Below are positions 38,771 to 48,222 of a stretch of 64,000 bases of DNA, piece by piece. Source of the DNA: a virus; the IMG/VR virus record IMGVR_UViG_3300003322_000872, positions 612-64,611 of that record; one strand, given 5' to 3'. Every line of letters starts with the position of its first letter. The first letter of the stretch is position 1. The notes under the pieces are model-generated. The model had not been told where the DNA came from. It searched no databases and worked only from the letters and a program-made list of their open reading frames with translations. The position numbers and the translations under genes were made by a program.

Positions 38771-39089
38771 ATGCCCCTTCGATACAATCCTTTACCGGAC
38801 ACCCTATCTGGTGTTGCCCAAGCTCGCAATCCAGTCCATGCCGATGGAATGGCGCAATCGTCTAGCCACGCTGCTCGATGAGGCGCGGGATGTTGGTATG
38901 GTAACACCAAGCTATTATGTCCTACGGCAGGATAAGAGCTACACCATCACCTCCAATTACGACGAGTCAGACCCCTACAGTCGTCAATATGAGTTCACCT
39001 CAATTAACGAAGACCCCTGGGCAAATTATCGCCGAGGCGATATTAACGAGCTCTGCCCGACATTTAAAAATCCCCAGCAGAAGGACTAG
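38763..39089 (+). CDS. Hypothetical protein
   Basis: MSECPFD...YLVLPKLAIQSMPMEW...DPWANYRRG. Confidence 0.6.
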   Translation: MSECPFDTILYRTPYLVLPKLAIQSMPMEWRNRLATLLDEARDVGMVTPSYYVLRQDKSYTITSNYDESDPYSRQYEFTSINEDPWANYRRGDINELCPTFKNPQQKD

Positions 39090-39623
39090 CGCGACTCTGC
39101 GATCCGGGTTATGCTGTGTTTGTTAGTAAGTCGCTAACTGCTCCAACCCCGGAAGGATTTTCTCCGATGAAAAAGGTAAAGCCCCAGCATGTACGGGCTC
39201 CTCGTAAACCGACGACCAAGATCGTCGATGTCTGTGTCCGTGTGATCACGGGCATCAAAACGTGCTTCGCGACTTCTTCCATGTGATGGAGGTCCCAATG
39301 GTCTTCCATCCTCACCCGGTCCTCCACAGAAGGATCAAGCATACAATCGAAGTCTGCCATATCGGTTACTTCGGCTCTCTGTCCATGGGCTTTCATGAGT
39401 TCTACACCATGGTCGGCGGTCTGCTTTGCATCCTTACGATCGCCACCTGTTTGATGGGGAACGACGAATGAAGTGCCACCGTATTTGGCAGATTGTTCTA
39501 ACTGCTGGATCGGTACTAGCTTATAGATACACTCTGCATGATCCCGAAATGTCGGCGTTGATTAGTTTGGGTTTAACGCTTTTTTGGGTGTGGGAGCCGC
39601 AAGATATTCCACACCTGTAACCG

Positions 39624-39667
39624 GATGGTGGGTCGGAGCTACGCGCTCCGGCCCGCCATCATTTTTC
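39624..39667 (+). terminator. Rho-independent terminator
   Basis: GATGGTGGGTCGGAGC-TACGC-GCTCCGGCCCGCCATC followed by ATTTTT. Confidence 0.75.
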
Positions 39668-39706
39668 AAGCTTGCAAGAATTTTTTCGTTCATTGTCTAA
39701 ACTCAG

Positions 39707-39768
39707 TTTACATCTCTGCGGAATGCCTTATAGTGTCATTCATGGCGAACGGCCATACGAACCGGAGA
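39707..39768 (+). promoter_or_regulatory. Phage early promoter cassette
   Basis: TTTACA-N16-TATAGT...GAACCGGAG. Confidence 0.7.
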
Positions 39769-39773
39769 TAGTC

Positions 39774-39914
39774 ATGGACCAAGCTACCAGATACCAACTG
39801 GAGACCAAACTCGGCCTAGCCGAGTTCTCCCTCTCCAACTCCAAGGACCCTGTCCTTACCCAAAAACTCATCCACATCATCAACAACCTCAAAATCGCCC
39901 TCGGGTATTACTAA
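39774..39914 (+). CDS. Small hypothetical protein
   Basis: ATG after the cassette SD (MDQATRYQLE...). Confidence 0.5.
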   Translation: MDQATRYQLETKLGLAEFSLSNSKDPVLTQKLIHIINNLKIALGYY

Positions 39915-39977
39915 TCACTAGGTATACGGCTTCAGCCGTATATCTGGCAATTAGGCCAAATCGGAAAGGATACACAA

Positions 39978-40913
39978 ATGTCTCACGCTGTAGAAACAAT
40001 GGCATTCGCCCACGAAGTCCCCTGGCATGGTCTGGGCAACAACATCGATCCCGCAGCCTCGATCGATACATGGCTGGAAGTGTCCGGCCTTAACTGGGAA
40101 GTCGAGCGTATCCCGGTCTATACCGGCGACAACAAGGACCCCATCCCGAATCACCTCGCCGTCCGCCGCGCTACCGATAAGCTGGTGTACGACATCGTCT
40201 CGCCCCGCTGGAAGCCGGTGCAGAACCGCGAAATCCTGGAATTCTTCCGCGAATGGACCGAGGCGGGCGACGCCACCCTCGAAACTGCCGGCTCGCTTCA
40301 CAACGGCAAGGAAGTCTGGGCACTCGCCAATCTGAAGACCGGCTTTACCCTCCCCGGCGGCGACGCGGTTAAGGCATACGTGTTACTGCGTGGCTCCCAC
40401 GAGTCCGGCAAGGCAACGATCGCCCGCGATACATCGATCCGCGTGGTTTGCGCCAACACCATGGCGATGGCTTTCGACGAGGCCGCCACCAAGGAGCTCC
40501 GCTGGTCACATGCCAAGGAGTTCGATCGCGAAGCTGCCAAGAAGGCGTTCGGCTTGTCCCGCGACAATGCCAAGAATTTCGAGAAGGCGACCCGCACCTT
40601 GGCCAAGATGAAACTCGATATGGACAAGACGCTCGAAACGCTTGCTCCGATCTTCATGCCGAATGTCGAGGCCGACGATATCTACGACGAAGCCAACTGG
40701 GGTCCGACGATGGACAACATCATGTGGGCGATCAACAAGGCCCCCGGCGCGGTCGGCCTTACTGGCTGGGGTGTGCTCAATGGCGTAACCTACGCCCTCG
40801 ATCACAAGGCCCCGACCAAGACTCCGGACGGTAAGTTCTATGCCGCCCAGTTCGGCCATCAGGCCAAGAATAAGGAGAAAACCTTTAAAGCCCTCATGGC
40901 GCTTGCGGATTGA
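39978..40913 (+). CDS. DUF932-family phage/plasmid protein
   Basis: MSHAVETMAF...PWHGLG...PVQN.E...ETAGSL..GK.VWALA...IRVVCANT. Confidence 0.9.
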   Translation: MSHAVETMAFAHEVPWHGLGNNIDPAASIDTWLEVSGLNWEVERIPVYTGDNKDPIPNHLAVRRATDKLVYDIVSPRWKPVQNREILEFFREWTEAGDATLETAGSLHNGKEVWALANLKTGFTLPGGDAVKAYVLLRGSHESGKATIARDTSIRVVCANTMAMAFDEAATKELRWSHAKEFDREAAKKAFGLSRDNAKNFEKATRTLAKMKLDMDKTLETLAPIFMPNVEADDIYDEANWGPTMDNIMWAINKAPGAVGLTGWGVLNGVTYALDHKAPTKTPDGKFYAAQFGHQAKNKEKTFKALMALAD

Positions 40914-41159
40914 TCCCTTTATATAGATATAGAAGTATTGCCCCCGGTCCGGCGCGACCGGGGGATAGCTCTAGAAGGAGAACCGGAATGATTAACCTCA
41001 CCCCATCCCTTCCCGATATGATGGTGTCGCTCGCCTGCATCATCGGGCTCATATTCTGCGTCCGGCAGATACCCAAGCGGTCTCCGCCCCCGAAATCTAT
41101 CCGTATGGTCGCTCGGCACAACGACCGTATTACCCGGCTATCGTGCCTCAACAAGGAGA

Positions 41160-41555
41160 ATGGCAATGCGCCATAAAAAGCACCCCCTGACCGAAAAAGA
41201 ACTCGAGCATATCAAGTCCGTCGGCAATTCGGTCGCAATCGGCACCGACGCATTCGTCCACAAGGGCGAGCTCACCGGCAACCGACCAACGCTCGACGAC
41301 GGCCAGACCCCGGATGACTCGGCCGAGCATATCCAGCTCCGCGTCTGGATCGGCAATCCGACCATCGTCCAACCAGCGCTCGTTTCTGGCAAGGACTACG
41401 GCGACCCCTACAAGTACAACGGCGAGTACGACAAGGACTTCAACAACGAGGACCTGCGTGTCGATTATCGGAACGAGAACTTGCCGGCCGACGATGACGA
41501 TGACGACGCGCCTGATGTGTCCCAGGACAGTCCCGCGCCGGAACCCGCATCCTAA
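41160..41555 (+). CDS. Acidic hypothetical protein
   Basis: SD AAGGAG; strong codon bias; Asp-rich C-terminus. Confidence 0.65.
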   Translation: MAMRHKKHPLTEKELEHIKSVGNSVAIGTDAFVHKGELTGNRPTLDDGQTPDDSAEHIQLRVWIGNPTIVQPALVSGKDYGDPYKYNGEYDKDFNNEDLRVDYRNENLPADDDDDDAPDVSQDSPAPEPAS

Positions 41556-41729
41556 TAACCCATCGGCCCCGGCGGTGTCGGGTGCCAGAATTGGAGACAC
41601 TGGCATGCTTGCTAATTTCTTTACATGCAACGTATATGGCTGGTTAGAAGTCGTTGTTCCCTTTGATCGTTTCGGGAAGAGGTACGAGAAATCATACCTT
41701 GTGCGAACGATCGGATTGGATGGTGTAAT

Positions 41730-41909
41730 GTGATTACTATCAGCAAAATCCGATCCATCCTTTACGGGTCGGCCAAGGTTCTTGGCGATGTCCAGGCGAT
41801 CGACAAGGCTGTGGAAACGCAGTCGCCCAAGCCGGTGGTCAAGCGTATCGGTCGACGGCTAGCTGGAAAATTTACGTCGCGCCTGCTCGGTCAAATGTTC
41901 CGATGGTAA
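41730..41909 (+). CDS. Small conserved basic protein
   Basis: 59 aa: ISKIRSILYGSAKVLGDVQA...KRIGRRLAGK (not in the ORF track). Confidence 0.65.
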   Translation: MITISKIRSILYGSAKVLGDVQAIDKAVETQSPKPVVKRIGRRLAGKFTSRLLGQMFRW

Positions 41910-41983
41910 GCCCAGAATAAGCCCTAGTCAGGTAGGGCTTCTTCCCCTATATTGATCTTGCATCTAACCCAAAGGAGACATGC

Positions 41984-42112
41984 ATGCTCGAAGACCCGAA
42001 CGATCCCAAGACCAATACCGATACCAATGCTGATGACCAAACCACCAACGACGATGTCGGCAACAGCGGCGACGATGCGAGCGGCGGCGACGGCAACAGC
42101 GGCGACGACTGA
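41984..42112 (+). CDS. 42-aa highly acidic peptide
   Basis: SD AAGGAG 6 nt upstream; MLEDPNDPKTNTDTNADDQTTNDDVGNSGDDASGGDGNSGDD; hairpins on both sides. Confidence 0.55.
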   Translation: MLEDPNDPKTNTDTNADDQTTNDDVGNSGDDASGGDGNSGDD

Positions 42113-42133
42113 TCGACGCGGACCTGATCGGCC

Positions 42134-42168
42134 GAGCCCTGGGGTAATTCCCAGGGCTTTTTATTTGA
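42134..42168 (+). terminator. Rho-independent terminator
   Basis: AGCCCTGGG-GTAATT-CCCAGGGCT followed by TTTTATTT. Confidence 0.8.
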
Positions 42169-42224
42169 GTCTTCCATTAGCAAATGGCGATATAACATTC
42201 GTGAGCCGACTCTCATTTTTCTGC

Positions 42225-42252
42225 TTTACATCCCTCAGAATATCTTTATACT
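42225..42252 (+). promoter_or_regulatory. Phage early promoter cassette
   Basis: TTTACA-N16-TATACT with CAGAA in the spacer. Confidence 0.7.
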
Positions 42253-42301
42253 GGTCATCGTGAGGTCGGGATGGTCCCGCCTCCTAGAACCGGAAAGTAG
42301 C

Positions 42302-42544
42302 ATGATGACAAAAGAGGAATGCTGGCAATCCGCCGTGACCCAGATGGAGGACGAAGGCTTATTAGAGCCGGAGGGCTATCTGGTCGGTGGTATTATGAAG
42401 GCCGCTATATCGGCTAAGCCAACGCATGCCTTGGCCTTTGTCCAGCTGTTGGGAATGCGCTTGTTCGATGCCGGGTATTACGACCCCATCGACCTTGGCA
42501 TGATCCCATATAGTAACGACGAGGTCATCGTCTACATGAACTAA
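42302..42544 (+). CDS. Hypothetical protein
   Basis: MMTKEECWQ... downstream of the promoter. Confidence 0.5.
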   Translation: MMTKEECWQSAVTQMEDEGLLEPEGYLVGGIMKAAISAKPTHALAFVQLLGMRLFDAGYYDPIDLGMIPYSNDEVIVYMN

Positions 42545-42616
42545 CCAGTTCATGGCGCTCCTCCCCTACGGGGGAGGGGTTGCCAAAACAACCCCTAAAC
42601 CGGAGAATACATCATC

Positions 42617-42844
42617 ATGACAGACATGCTCGAAGCCGCCCTCGCGGAAACGATTGCTACTATCAAGACTTTCGATGTCGACAGCAAGGGCTATGCCCTG
42701 ACCTCGTCCGGCTACGTTACGCTCGACGAATATGGCACCATCGGCTATACGCGCGACATTACCCATGCCGCGCCCATGCACATCGACTTGTACACCTCAT
42801 GCCGCAAGCCGAGCTGGGTTTGGGTGCCGCGCGTCGACGGCTAA
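42617..42844 (+). CDS. Hypothetical protein
   Basis: SD CCGGAG; biased codons. Confidence 0.55.
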   Translation: MTDMLEAALAETIATIKTFDVDSKGYALTSSGYVTLDEYGTIGYTRDITHAAPMHIDLYTSCRKPSWVWVPRVDG

Positions 42845-43263
42845 CTGAGTAGCAACTCGTTAACCGCACCCCAATCCCACTTGCTACTCCCCCCGGTATA
42901 GAAGAGGACCGGGGGGTTTGTCTTTAGGCCGTCCGTAGCGACCATGCGGATACGATCGGCCCGGTATATCCATAATTCGTCCGCGCTCTCCCTGCGTACT
43001 CCAGCGACACAGTGGCGTCGCACAAAAAGGAATACTTTACCACCATGTCGCGCGCGGCGCTCTGCCCATGCGATCTGTTCTGGGCGGATAAACGGTTTCC
43101 AACCATCTGTTGCCTTGAGCTCAATCCAGACGTCGTGGCCCAACTTGCAGCCATTAACATCCGGGACACCGAGGCCGGTGAGTCCAGTTTCTATACGTTG
43201 AAAATCCCATCCGACTAGATGGGATTTTACAACTGGCCACAGTCCGCCATCGATCTTTGTCAT
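42841..43263 (-). CDS. PD-(D/E)XK / VRR-NUC-like nuclease (resolvase-like)
   Basis: RIET...GVPDV...VWIELK...RPEQIAW...GG. Confidence 0.85.
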   Translation of the reverse strand: MTKIDGGLWPVVKSHLVGWDFQRIETGLTGLGVPDVNGCKLGHDVWIELKATDGWKPFIRPEQIAWAERRARHGGKVFLFVRRHCVAGVRRESADELWIYRADRIRMVATDGLKTNPPVLFYTGGSSKWDWGAVNELLLS

Positions 43264-45074
43264 TAGCTTACGGCGGGAAGACCATAGGTCGGTGCGACCG
43301 ACTTATAGGGGTGGCTCGCCCGGAGCAGCGAGGTAAGCCCCATCTGCGAGGCCAACCATCCAGATAGCCTGTCAGCAACCTTCTGGCTGATCCGGTAATT
43401 GATCCGCATGAAGTGCTGCGCCGTCCACGGGCAGTAATTGCCTACCCCGCCGGAGTTGGTGGCGTCTGCGCCGTAGACAATGCGCGTCGGCGTCGTGGTG
43501 ACACTGCACCGCCGTCTGTTGTTGGTCGTGAACCACGAGCCGTTAACGGACACTTGAACAGTCTGGTTATAGGCGGTGTCTTGTGCAGGCCCGATTGCCA
43601 CGATGACGGATGCGTCGTCGCCGCGTAAATCGGTATCGACAACCGGTTGTGTGCTGACTGGGAAATCCACGCCATTGACATTCGATCCTGACACAGAGGC
43701 AGACGTTTGTGTCCGCAAGATGCCGCCATGCACACCGATTGCGTGACGACTAACGGTCGCACCACTATCCGCTTCCGCCGTGATGTATTGAAAGCCACTC
43801 GACCCGGCGTTGAGAAAGCCCTGCAAGACTATCGTCTCTTCTTCGTTCATGTTCGGCATGAAGGAAGACATCACCGTCTGTGACAACGTGTCATTGCCGC
43901 CGTCGAAAACAGCAGAGCCTTTGCCATTGCGCGTGCCGACCGTTGGGCGTGCACCCGCACTGCCGTTGGCGGCCGCACCCGGAGACCCAGCGCCCTTGTT
44001 GGTGATCGAGGCGACTTCCCCGCCGGTATTGGTGATCGTGGCCGCATCGGTAAAATCGAGCCAGCCATACAGGTTCTGGCCAAATTCGAGCGTCGGTGTC
44101 CAGGCTACGGGCGAGCCTTTGAATGCTGGCCGGTATGCCGCCTCTGCCTGGACTTTAGAACCATCCGAAATGCGACAGGAGAAGCTCGGGGAGTTTTTGT
44201 CCCAGTAGGCAAAGAACATCACAGGGTTTTCATCGGCCCACTCATATACTCGGTTAATGAACCCTGACAGGCGATCGTCGTCAATCCCCCATTCGGAAAA
44301 GCCGATGGGTAGCGCTAGCTCCGCCCCCCATTTCGTATAGAAATTGACACCAAAAGGCGCAGTGAACATGTAGTCGATAGCTTGGGGAACGGTCCTTCCA
44401 GTACCGGTTACGACGTTGCCATATTGCATGTAGCAGTCGGGCATGATGGCGTCGACATAGCCTGTCCCAGGGAACCATGGACGCGGATCGATGTCTACAT
44501 TACCATCCCCTGTCACATTCCAATTTGGACAATGCGCCCACTTGAATCTGTTCGAGATCGCCCGAGCTCGATCCTTGACATATTGGTCCAAGGCGACATA
44601 TTGCTGCGGCGTAAGATACGCAGCGCCCCACGGATACGCGCTGTAGAAATTGTGCTCATGGCCGACCCGGACCCAGATATCACCTGTTGGAACCGCTGCT
44701 GCAAGCGCTGTAAAGATCGTGTTGATATAGCTGTCGTGCAGCCCTGCGAGCACATCAAGGCCGCTTTCGCCTGCTGTTTCTGTGCAGGGAAAAAATGTCC
44801 ACAGCACAAAGCGATTGAGCGCCGCGTAAGTCGTAATCTCCGCCAGTGCGCCGGTAATGACATTGGCCATGGTGTCAGCAGCGCCGCCGCTTCCACCAAG
44901 GAAGGCCAATAGCCCACCGGCCTGGCCGCCAAGCCACGTCTCGTAAGCGGACAGTCCGGCGGAACTGGAAGCGTTCAACCGGACAGCGGCGCGCTTGACA
45001 ACGCTCGGGATCGCCCGTGGACTGGTCATGCGGGCGATATCGTCACCGGAAAGAATGTTGTCATCTGTGCCCAT
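43263..45074 (-). CDS. GH26-like glycoside hydrolase fused to a LamG-like virion domain
   Basis: RVGHEHN (acid/base), PWFPG..YVD....DCY and IGFSEWG (nucleophile); C-terminal WLDFTD...RPT..NG..VFDG.ND and GWLASQMGL...HPYK. Confidence 0.82.
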   Translation of the reverse strand: MGTDDNILSGDDIARMTSPRAIPSVVKRAAVRLNASSSAGLSAYETWLGGQAGGLLAFLGGSGGAADTMANVITGALAEITTYAALNRFVLWTFFPCTETAGESGLDVLAGLHDSYINTIFTALAAAVPTGDIWVRVGHEHNFYSAYPWGAAYLTPQQYVALDQYVKDRARAISNRFKWAHCPNWNVTGDGNVDIDPRPWFPGTGYVDAIMPDCYMQYGNVVTGTGRTVPQAIDYMFTAPFGVNFYTKWGAELALPIGFSEWGIDDDRLSGFINRVYEWADENPVMFFAYWDKNSPSFSCRISDGSKVQAEAAYRPAFKGSPVAWTPTLEFGQNLYGWLDFTDAATITNTGGEVASITNKGAGSPGAAANGSAGARPTVGTRNGKGSAVFDGGNDTLSQTVMSSFMPNMNEEETIVLQGFLNAGSSGFQYITAEADSGATVSRHAIGVHGGILRTQTSASVSGSNVNGVDFPVSTQPVVDTDLRGDDASVIVAIGPAQDTAYNQTVQVSVNGSWFTTNNRRRCSVTTTPTRIVYGADATNSGGVGNYCPWTAQHFMRINYRISQKVADRLSGWLASQMGLTSLLRASHPYKSVAPTYGLPAVS

Positions 45075-45075
45075 G

Positions 45076-45201
45076 TTATGCCGCCTTTAGCCAGAATTTA
45101 CCGTCAGGTTTACGCCAAGGAGTGCCATCAGGCTTTCTCCAGACGTTAACGGGAACTGCCCCCTTTAATAGAGTGACAGTATGGATTGGTGCACCCCACA
45201 T
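45076..45201 (-). CDS. 41-aa peptide with a duplicated WRKPDG motif
   Basis: MWGAPIHTVTLLKGAVPVNVWRKPDGTPWRKPDGKFWLKAA; SD GGGGG; fills the gap between two genes. Confidence 0.55.
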   Translation of the reverse strand: MWGAPIHTVTLLKGAVPVNVWRKPDGTPWRKPDGKFWLKAA

Positions 45202-45212
45202 ATCCGCCCCCG

Positions 45213-45722
45213 TTAATTCTGCATAACTTCTAGGGCGAAGTTAAATTGCTCAGCCGAAACCGGTGCATAAGCCGCGCGCGCCTCGACCAGACCATAGTAG
45301 ATATCAGTTGTGAAGATGAGCTCGCTGCCTACAACAGGCAGGCCATATCCAACGACCCCATCTGAAAAGGCGCGATCGAGTGAGAAATCGATCGCACCAG
45401 CATATTTGTCGGATTGGTTACAAGCAAGCGCCACCCCGTCCCCGCTGGTAATGGTCGGCAAAGCCGCGAATAGGTGGAGCCGGAAAAGCGCATTGGTTAC
45501 GGACAACCCGGTCTTGCGCATAAACCCACGTCGGATCATACCGCCGAACCATGGCTTGCGCGCCAGATTAAACGTGATCGGCACCACGTTAGCTGCCACT
45601 GTATCGTTGGCCACGAGCTGGCCAGTAGCATATGCCGTGGTGTTCGCCGGGCGAGTAAAGCTAGCTGCGCCTTTAACGCGTGCCACGTACCCCCCGACCT
45701 GTTCCCTTACGCTATCAGCCAT
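45213..45722 (-). CDS. Putative beta-rich virion protein
   Basis: 169 aa; FTRPANTTAYATGQLV start; SD AGGAG. Confidence 0.6.
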   Translation of the reverse strand: MADSVREQVGGYVARVKGAASFTRPANTTAYATGQLVANDTVAANVVPITFNLARKPWFGGMIRRGFMRKTGLSVTNALFRLHLFAALPTITSGDGVALACNQSDKYAGAIDFSLDRAFSDGVVGYGLPVVGSELIFTTDIYYGLVEARAAYAPVSAEQFNFALEVMQN

Positions 45723-45794
45723 TTGCGCATCTCCTTATAAATCCCGGCGATCATACGCGATAAAAGGATTCTGGTAAAATCTTTTAAATCTGAC

Positions 45795-45845
45795 TTTACA
45801 TACGCCGAGAATCGACTATACTGAGCTGCATAGACGAACCGGAGA
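45795..45845 (+). promoter_or_regulatory. Phage early promoter cassette
   Basis: TGACTTTACA-N16-TATACTGAG-CTGCATAG-ACGAACCGGAG. Confidence 0.75.
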
Positions 45846-46010
45846 TACGAAAATACCAAGTTTCGCAAAGTATGAAAATACCCAGGAAAACTCCATCAAG
45901 TATGGTTGGGCCTATTTTCCTGAATATGTTTTCGGCGACAAAAGTTTGCCTTACATTATCCACAACCATATCAAAGGGATATGGACATACAGCAACTAAG
46001 GAGAACGAGT

Positions 46011-46199
46011 ATGGAAAAAAGATATATCGGCGACGGAGTTACCGCCTCGTTTGATGGCTACCAGATTTGGCTTACCACACAAGAAGGCCACCGAATCGCA
46101 CTCGATGATAGCACCTATCACGCTCTGGTCGACTACTGGACCGCGATCCAGGTCTATCGCCGAGAAATTATGGCAGGGAAGATCAGGACGAATGGCTAA
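46011..46199 (+). CDS. Conserved small phage protein
   Basis: YIGDGVTASFDGYQIWL...IALD; SD AAGGAG. Confidence 0.65.
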   Translation: MEKRYIGDGVTASFDGYQIWLTTQEGHRIALDDSTYHALVDYWTAIQVYRREIMAGKIRTNG

Positions 46200-46395
46200 G
46201 TTCTATTACATCAAGAGTAAGGACCAGGAGGGCCTCTTCCTGGTCGAGAATAACAATCAGCTCATGATTGGACAGCGACCGACCTTATTCCCGTTCGGGG
46301 GTGATGCGTTTACTGCCTATGAAAGCTGGCGTACACTGACAAAATTGGCCGGCAAAGAAACCGGCCAATGGGAAATCAAGGATGTAGAACTATAG
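46192..46395 (+). CDS. Small hypothetical protein
   Basis: MAKFYYIKSKDQEG..., coupled; stop abuts the convergent RNR stop. Confidence 0.5.
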   Translation: MAKFYYIKSKDQEGLFLVENNNQLMIGQRPTLFPFGGDAFTAYESWRTLTKLAGKETGQWEIKDVEL

Positions 46396-48177
46396 CTATT
46401 CACAGCTCTTCTGGCCAGTCGTTGGATCGAAGGTGCATGCCATACCCAACGACATTTCCAACTCACGATCCAACGACGGAAACGTTTGTACTGGCGTTTC
46501 CGTCTTGGCTTTTTTCAACAGCCCCATTCGCCGCCCTTCCGGATTGAAGGTCGTAATGCCCTTGCACCCGAGCTCATGTGCCTTGCGATAAACCCCCTTA
46601 AACTCATCCCAGGGCATCGCCGGGTTAACATTGCAGGTTTTGGATACCGCGCTGTCCACATAGCGCTGGGCCGTCGACAAGACAGCAATATGCTCGTCGA
46701 TCGTAACTTGTTCGGCAAGCTTAGGGATCGTGCCGAACTGCGAATAAGCATAATCGGGGAGTCGCGCCATGACAACACCATCAGGGGTGTTAATGGGTCG
46801 CTCAGTTTCCAGGGCGAACACCGGCTCCGCACCAGATGAGATGTTATCAGCCGCCATTGATATGGTGCCGGTTGGTGCGATCGATGTAAGGTGCGAGTTG
46901 CGAATGCCAAAGCGCTTGATAAGCTCGAAAACATCCTGATCCAAATTGCGAAGGAAGGAGCTCTTCAGATAACGGTCGTCGTAGAGCGGGAAAGCGCTCT
47001 TAGTCGCCGCCAGCATGGCAGATGCCCGGTAAGACTCGTTCATTAAGGTCGATCCGATCGCGGCCTGGAAGTCGAGGAACTTCTTGCTGCCATAAGGCAT
47101 CCCCAACGTCTCCGCCGCGTTCGCTAGACCGGTATATCCTAGCCCCATGCGACGCTTGTTCTTGGCCTCCCTCTCCTGTTCCGGCAACGGATAGATCGCA
47201 ACATCGATAACGTTATCCATCGCCTCCACCACGACCGGGATATCCTCGATAAAGGTATCCCAATCAAATTCGTATTGGCCGAGAGCATTGACCTCGATGT
47301 AACGGACCAAATTGAACGAGCCGAGCAGGCAAGCCCCAAAGGGCGGTAACGGCTGCTCGCCGCATGGATTGGTAGCGGCAAGTTTTTCACAGTACCAGAG
47401 ATTGTTCATCCGGTTGATCTGATCGATGAACAGGACTCCTGGCTCGCCCCAATCCCACGTAGAGCGCATGATCTGTTCCCATAGCATCAGAGGGTCGATC
47501 TCTCCAAAAGACCGACCCTCGAACCGTAACGTAAATGATTTGCCGCTGTCCAAATGCTCCATGAATTCATCGGTAACAGCTGTCGATATATTGAACCCTG
47601 ATAGGGTGTCCTGATCATGCTTGGCATTCACGAATTCAAGGATGTCTGGATGATCGATCCGAAGCACACCCATCTGTGCCCCTCGCCGATGCCCTGCCGA
47701 CGCTACGGCTTTGCCGACCGCATTGTAAATCTTCATAAACGCGATGACACCGGATGAGCTCGACTGGAGAGTCTTGATCATCGCCCCATTCGGCCGCAGA
47801 GTAGAGAAATCATAACCAATCCCCCCGCCCACGCGCATGGTCGCCGCCGCTTGTTCGGCACGATGCATGATCGATGAATTGTGCTCGTTGTCTCTATCAA
47901 CAAAACTGTCGGGAATGGTGCCCGACACGAAGCAGTTATACGGAGTAGTTTGGCGGGTTGCCCCGATCGCGGCCTGAATACGGCCCGCCGGGATAAACCG
48001 CATAGACAGCAAAATTTCGCGAAGATCGTGATAAGCCTCACGCGTATCAGTAAGTACAGCCGACACTCTGTTCATTGCATCCCTAAATGTTTCACCGTGC
48101 TGGCGGTATTTCATGGCGTGCAGATCGTCGCAAAATTGCAATGCTGGCCCAAACATAGTTATTCTCCTGGGAATCAA
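46396..48177 (-). CDS. nrdJ: Class II (adenosylcobalamin-dependent) ribonucleotide reductase
   Basis: FIPAGR, TPYNCFV, GHRRGAQM, TNPCGEQPL, SIAPTGTIS; C-terminal Cys pair; no ATP cone; no NrdB gene nearby. Confidence 0.92.
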   Translation of the reverse strand: MIPRRITMFGPALQFCDDLHAMKYRQHGETFRDAMNRVSAVLTDTREAYHDLREILLSMRFIPAGRIQAAIGATRQTTPYNCFVSGTIPDSFVDRDNEHNSSIMHRAEQAAATMRVGGGIGYDFSTLRPNGAMIKTLQSSSSGVIAFMKIYNAVGKAVASAGHRRGAQMGVLRIDHPDILEFVNAKHDQDTLSGFNISTAVTDEFMEHLDSGKSFTLRFEGRSFGEIDPLMLWEQIMRSTWDWGEPGVLFIDQINRMNNLWYCEKLAATNPCGEQPLPPFGACLLGSFNLVRYIEVNALGQYEFDWDTFIEDIPVVVEAMDNVIDVAIYPLPEQEREAKNKRRMGLGYTGLANAAETLGMPYGSKKFLDFQAAIGSTLMNESYRASAMLAATKSAFPLYDDRYLKSSFLRNLDQDVFELIKRFGIRNSHLTSIAPTGTISMAADNISSGAEPVFALETERPINTPDGVVMARLPDYAYSQFGTIPKLAEQVTIDEHIAVLSTAQRYVDSAVSKTCNVNPAMPWDEFKGVYRKAHELGCKGITTFNPEGRRMGLLKKAKTETPVQTFPSLDRELEMSLGMACTFDPTTGQKSCE

Positions 48178-48222
48178 TGGGTTGTGGAACCCCCTTACTT
48201 TATATCGGCAAGTAACTGCTAT

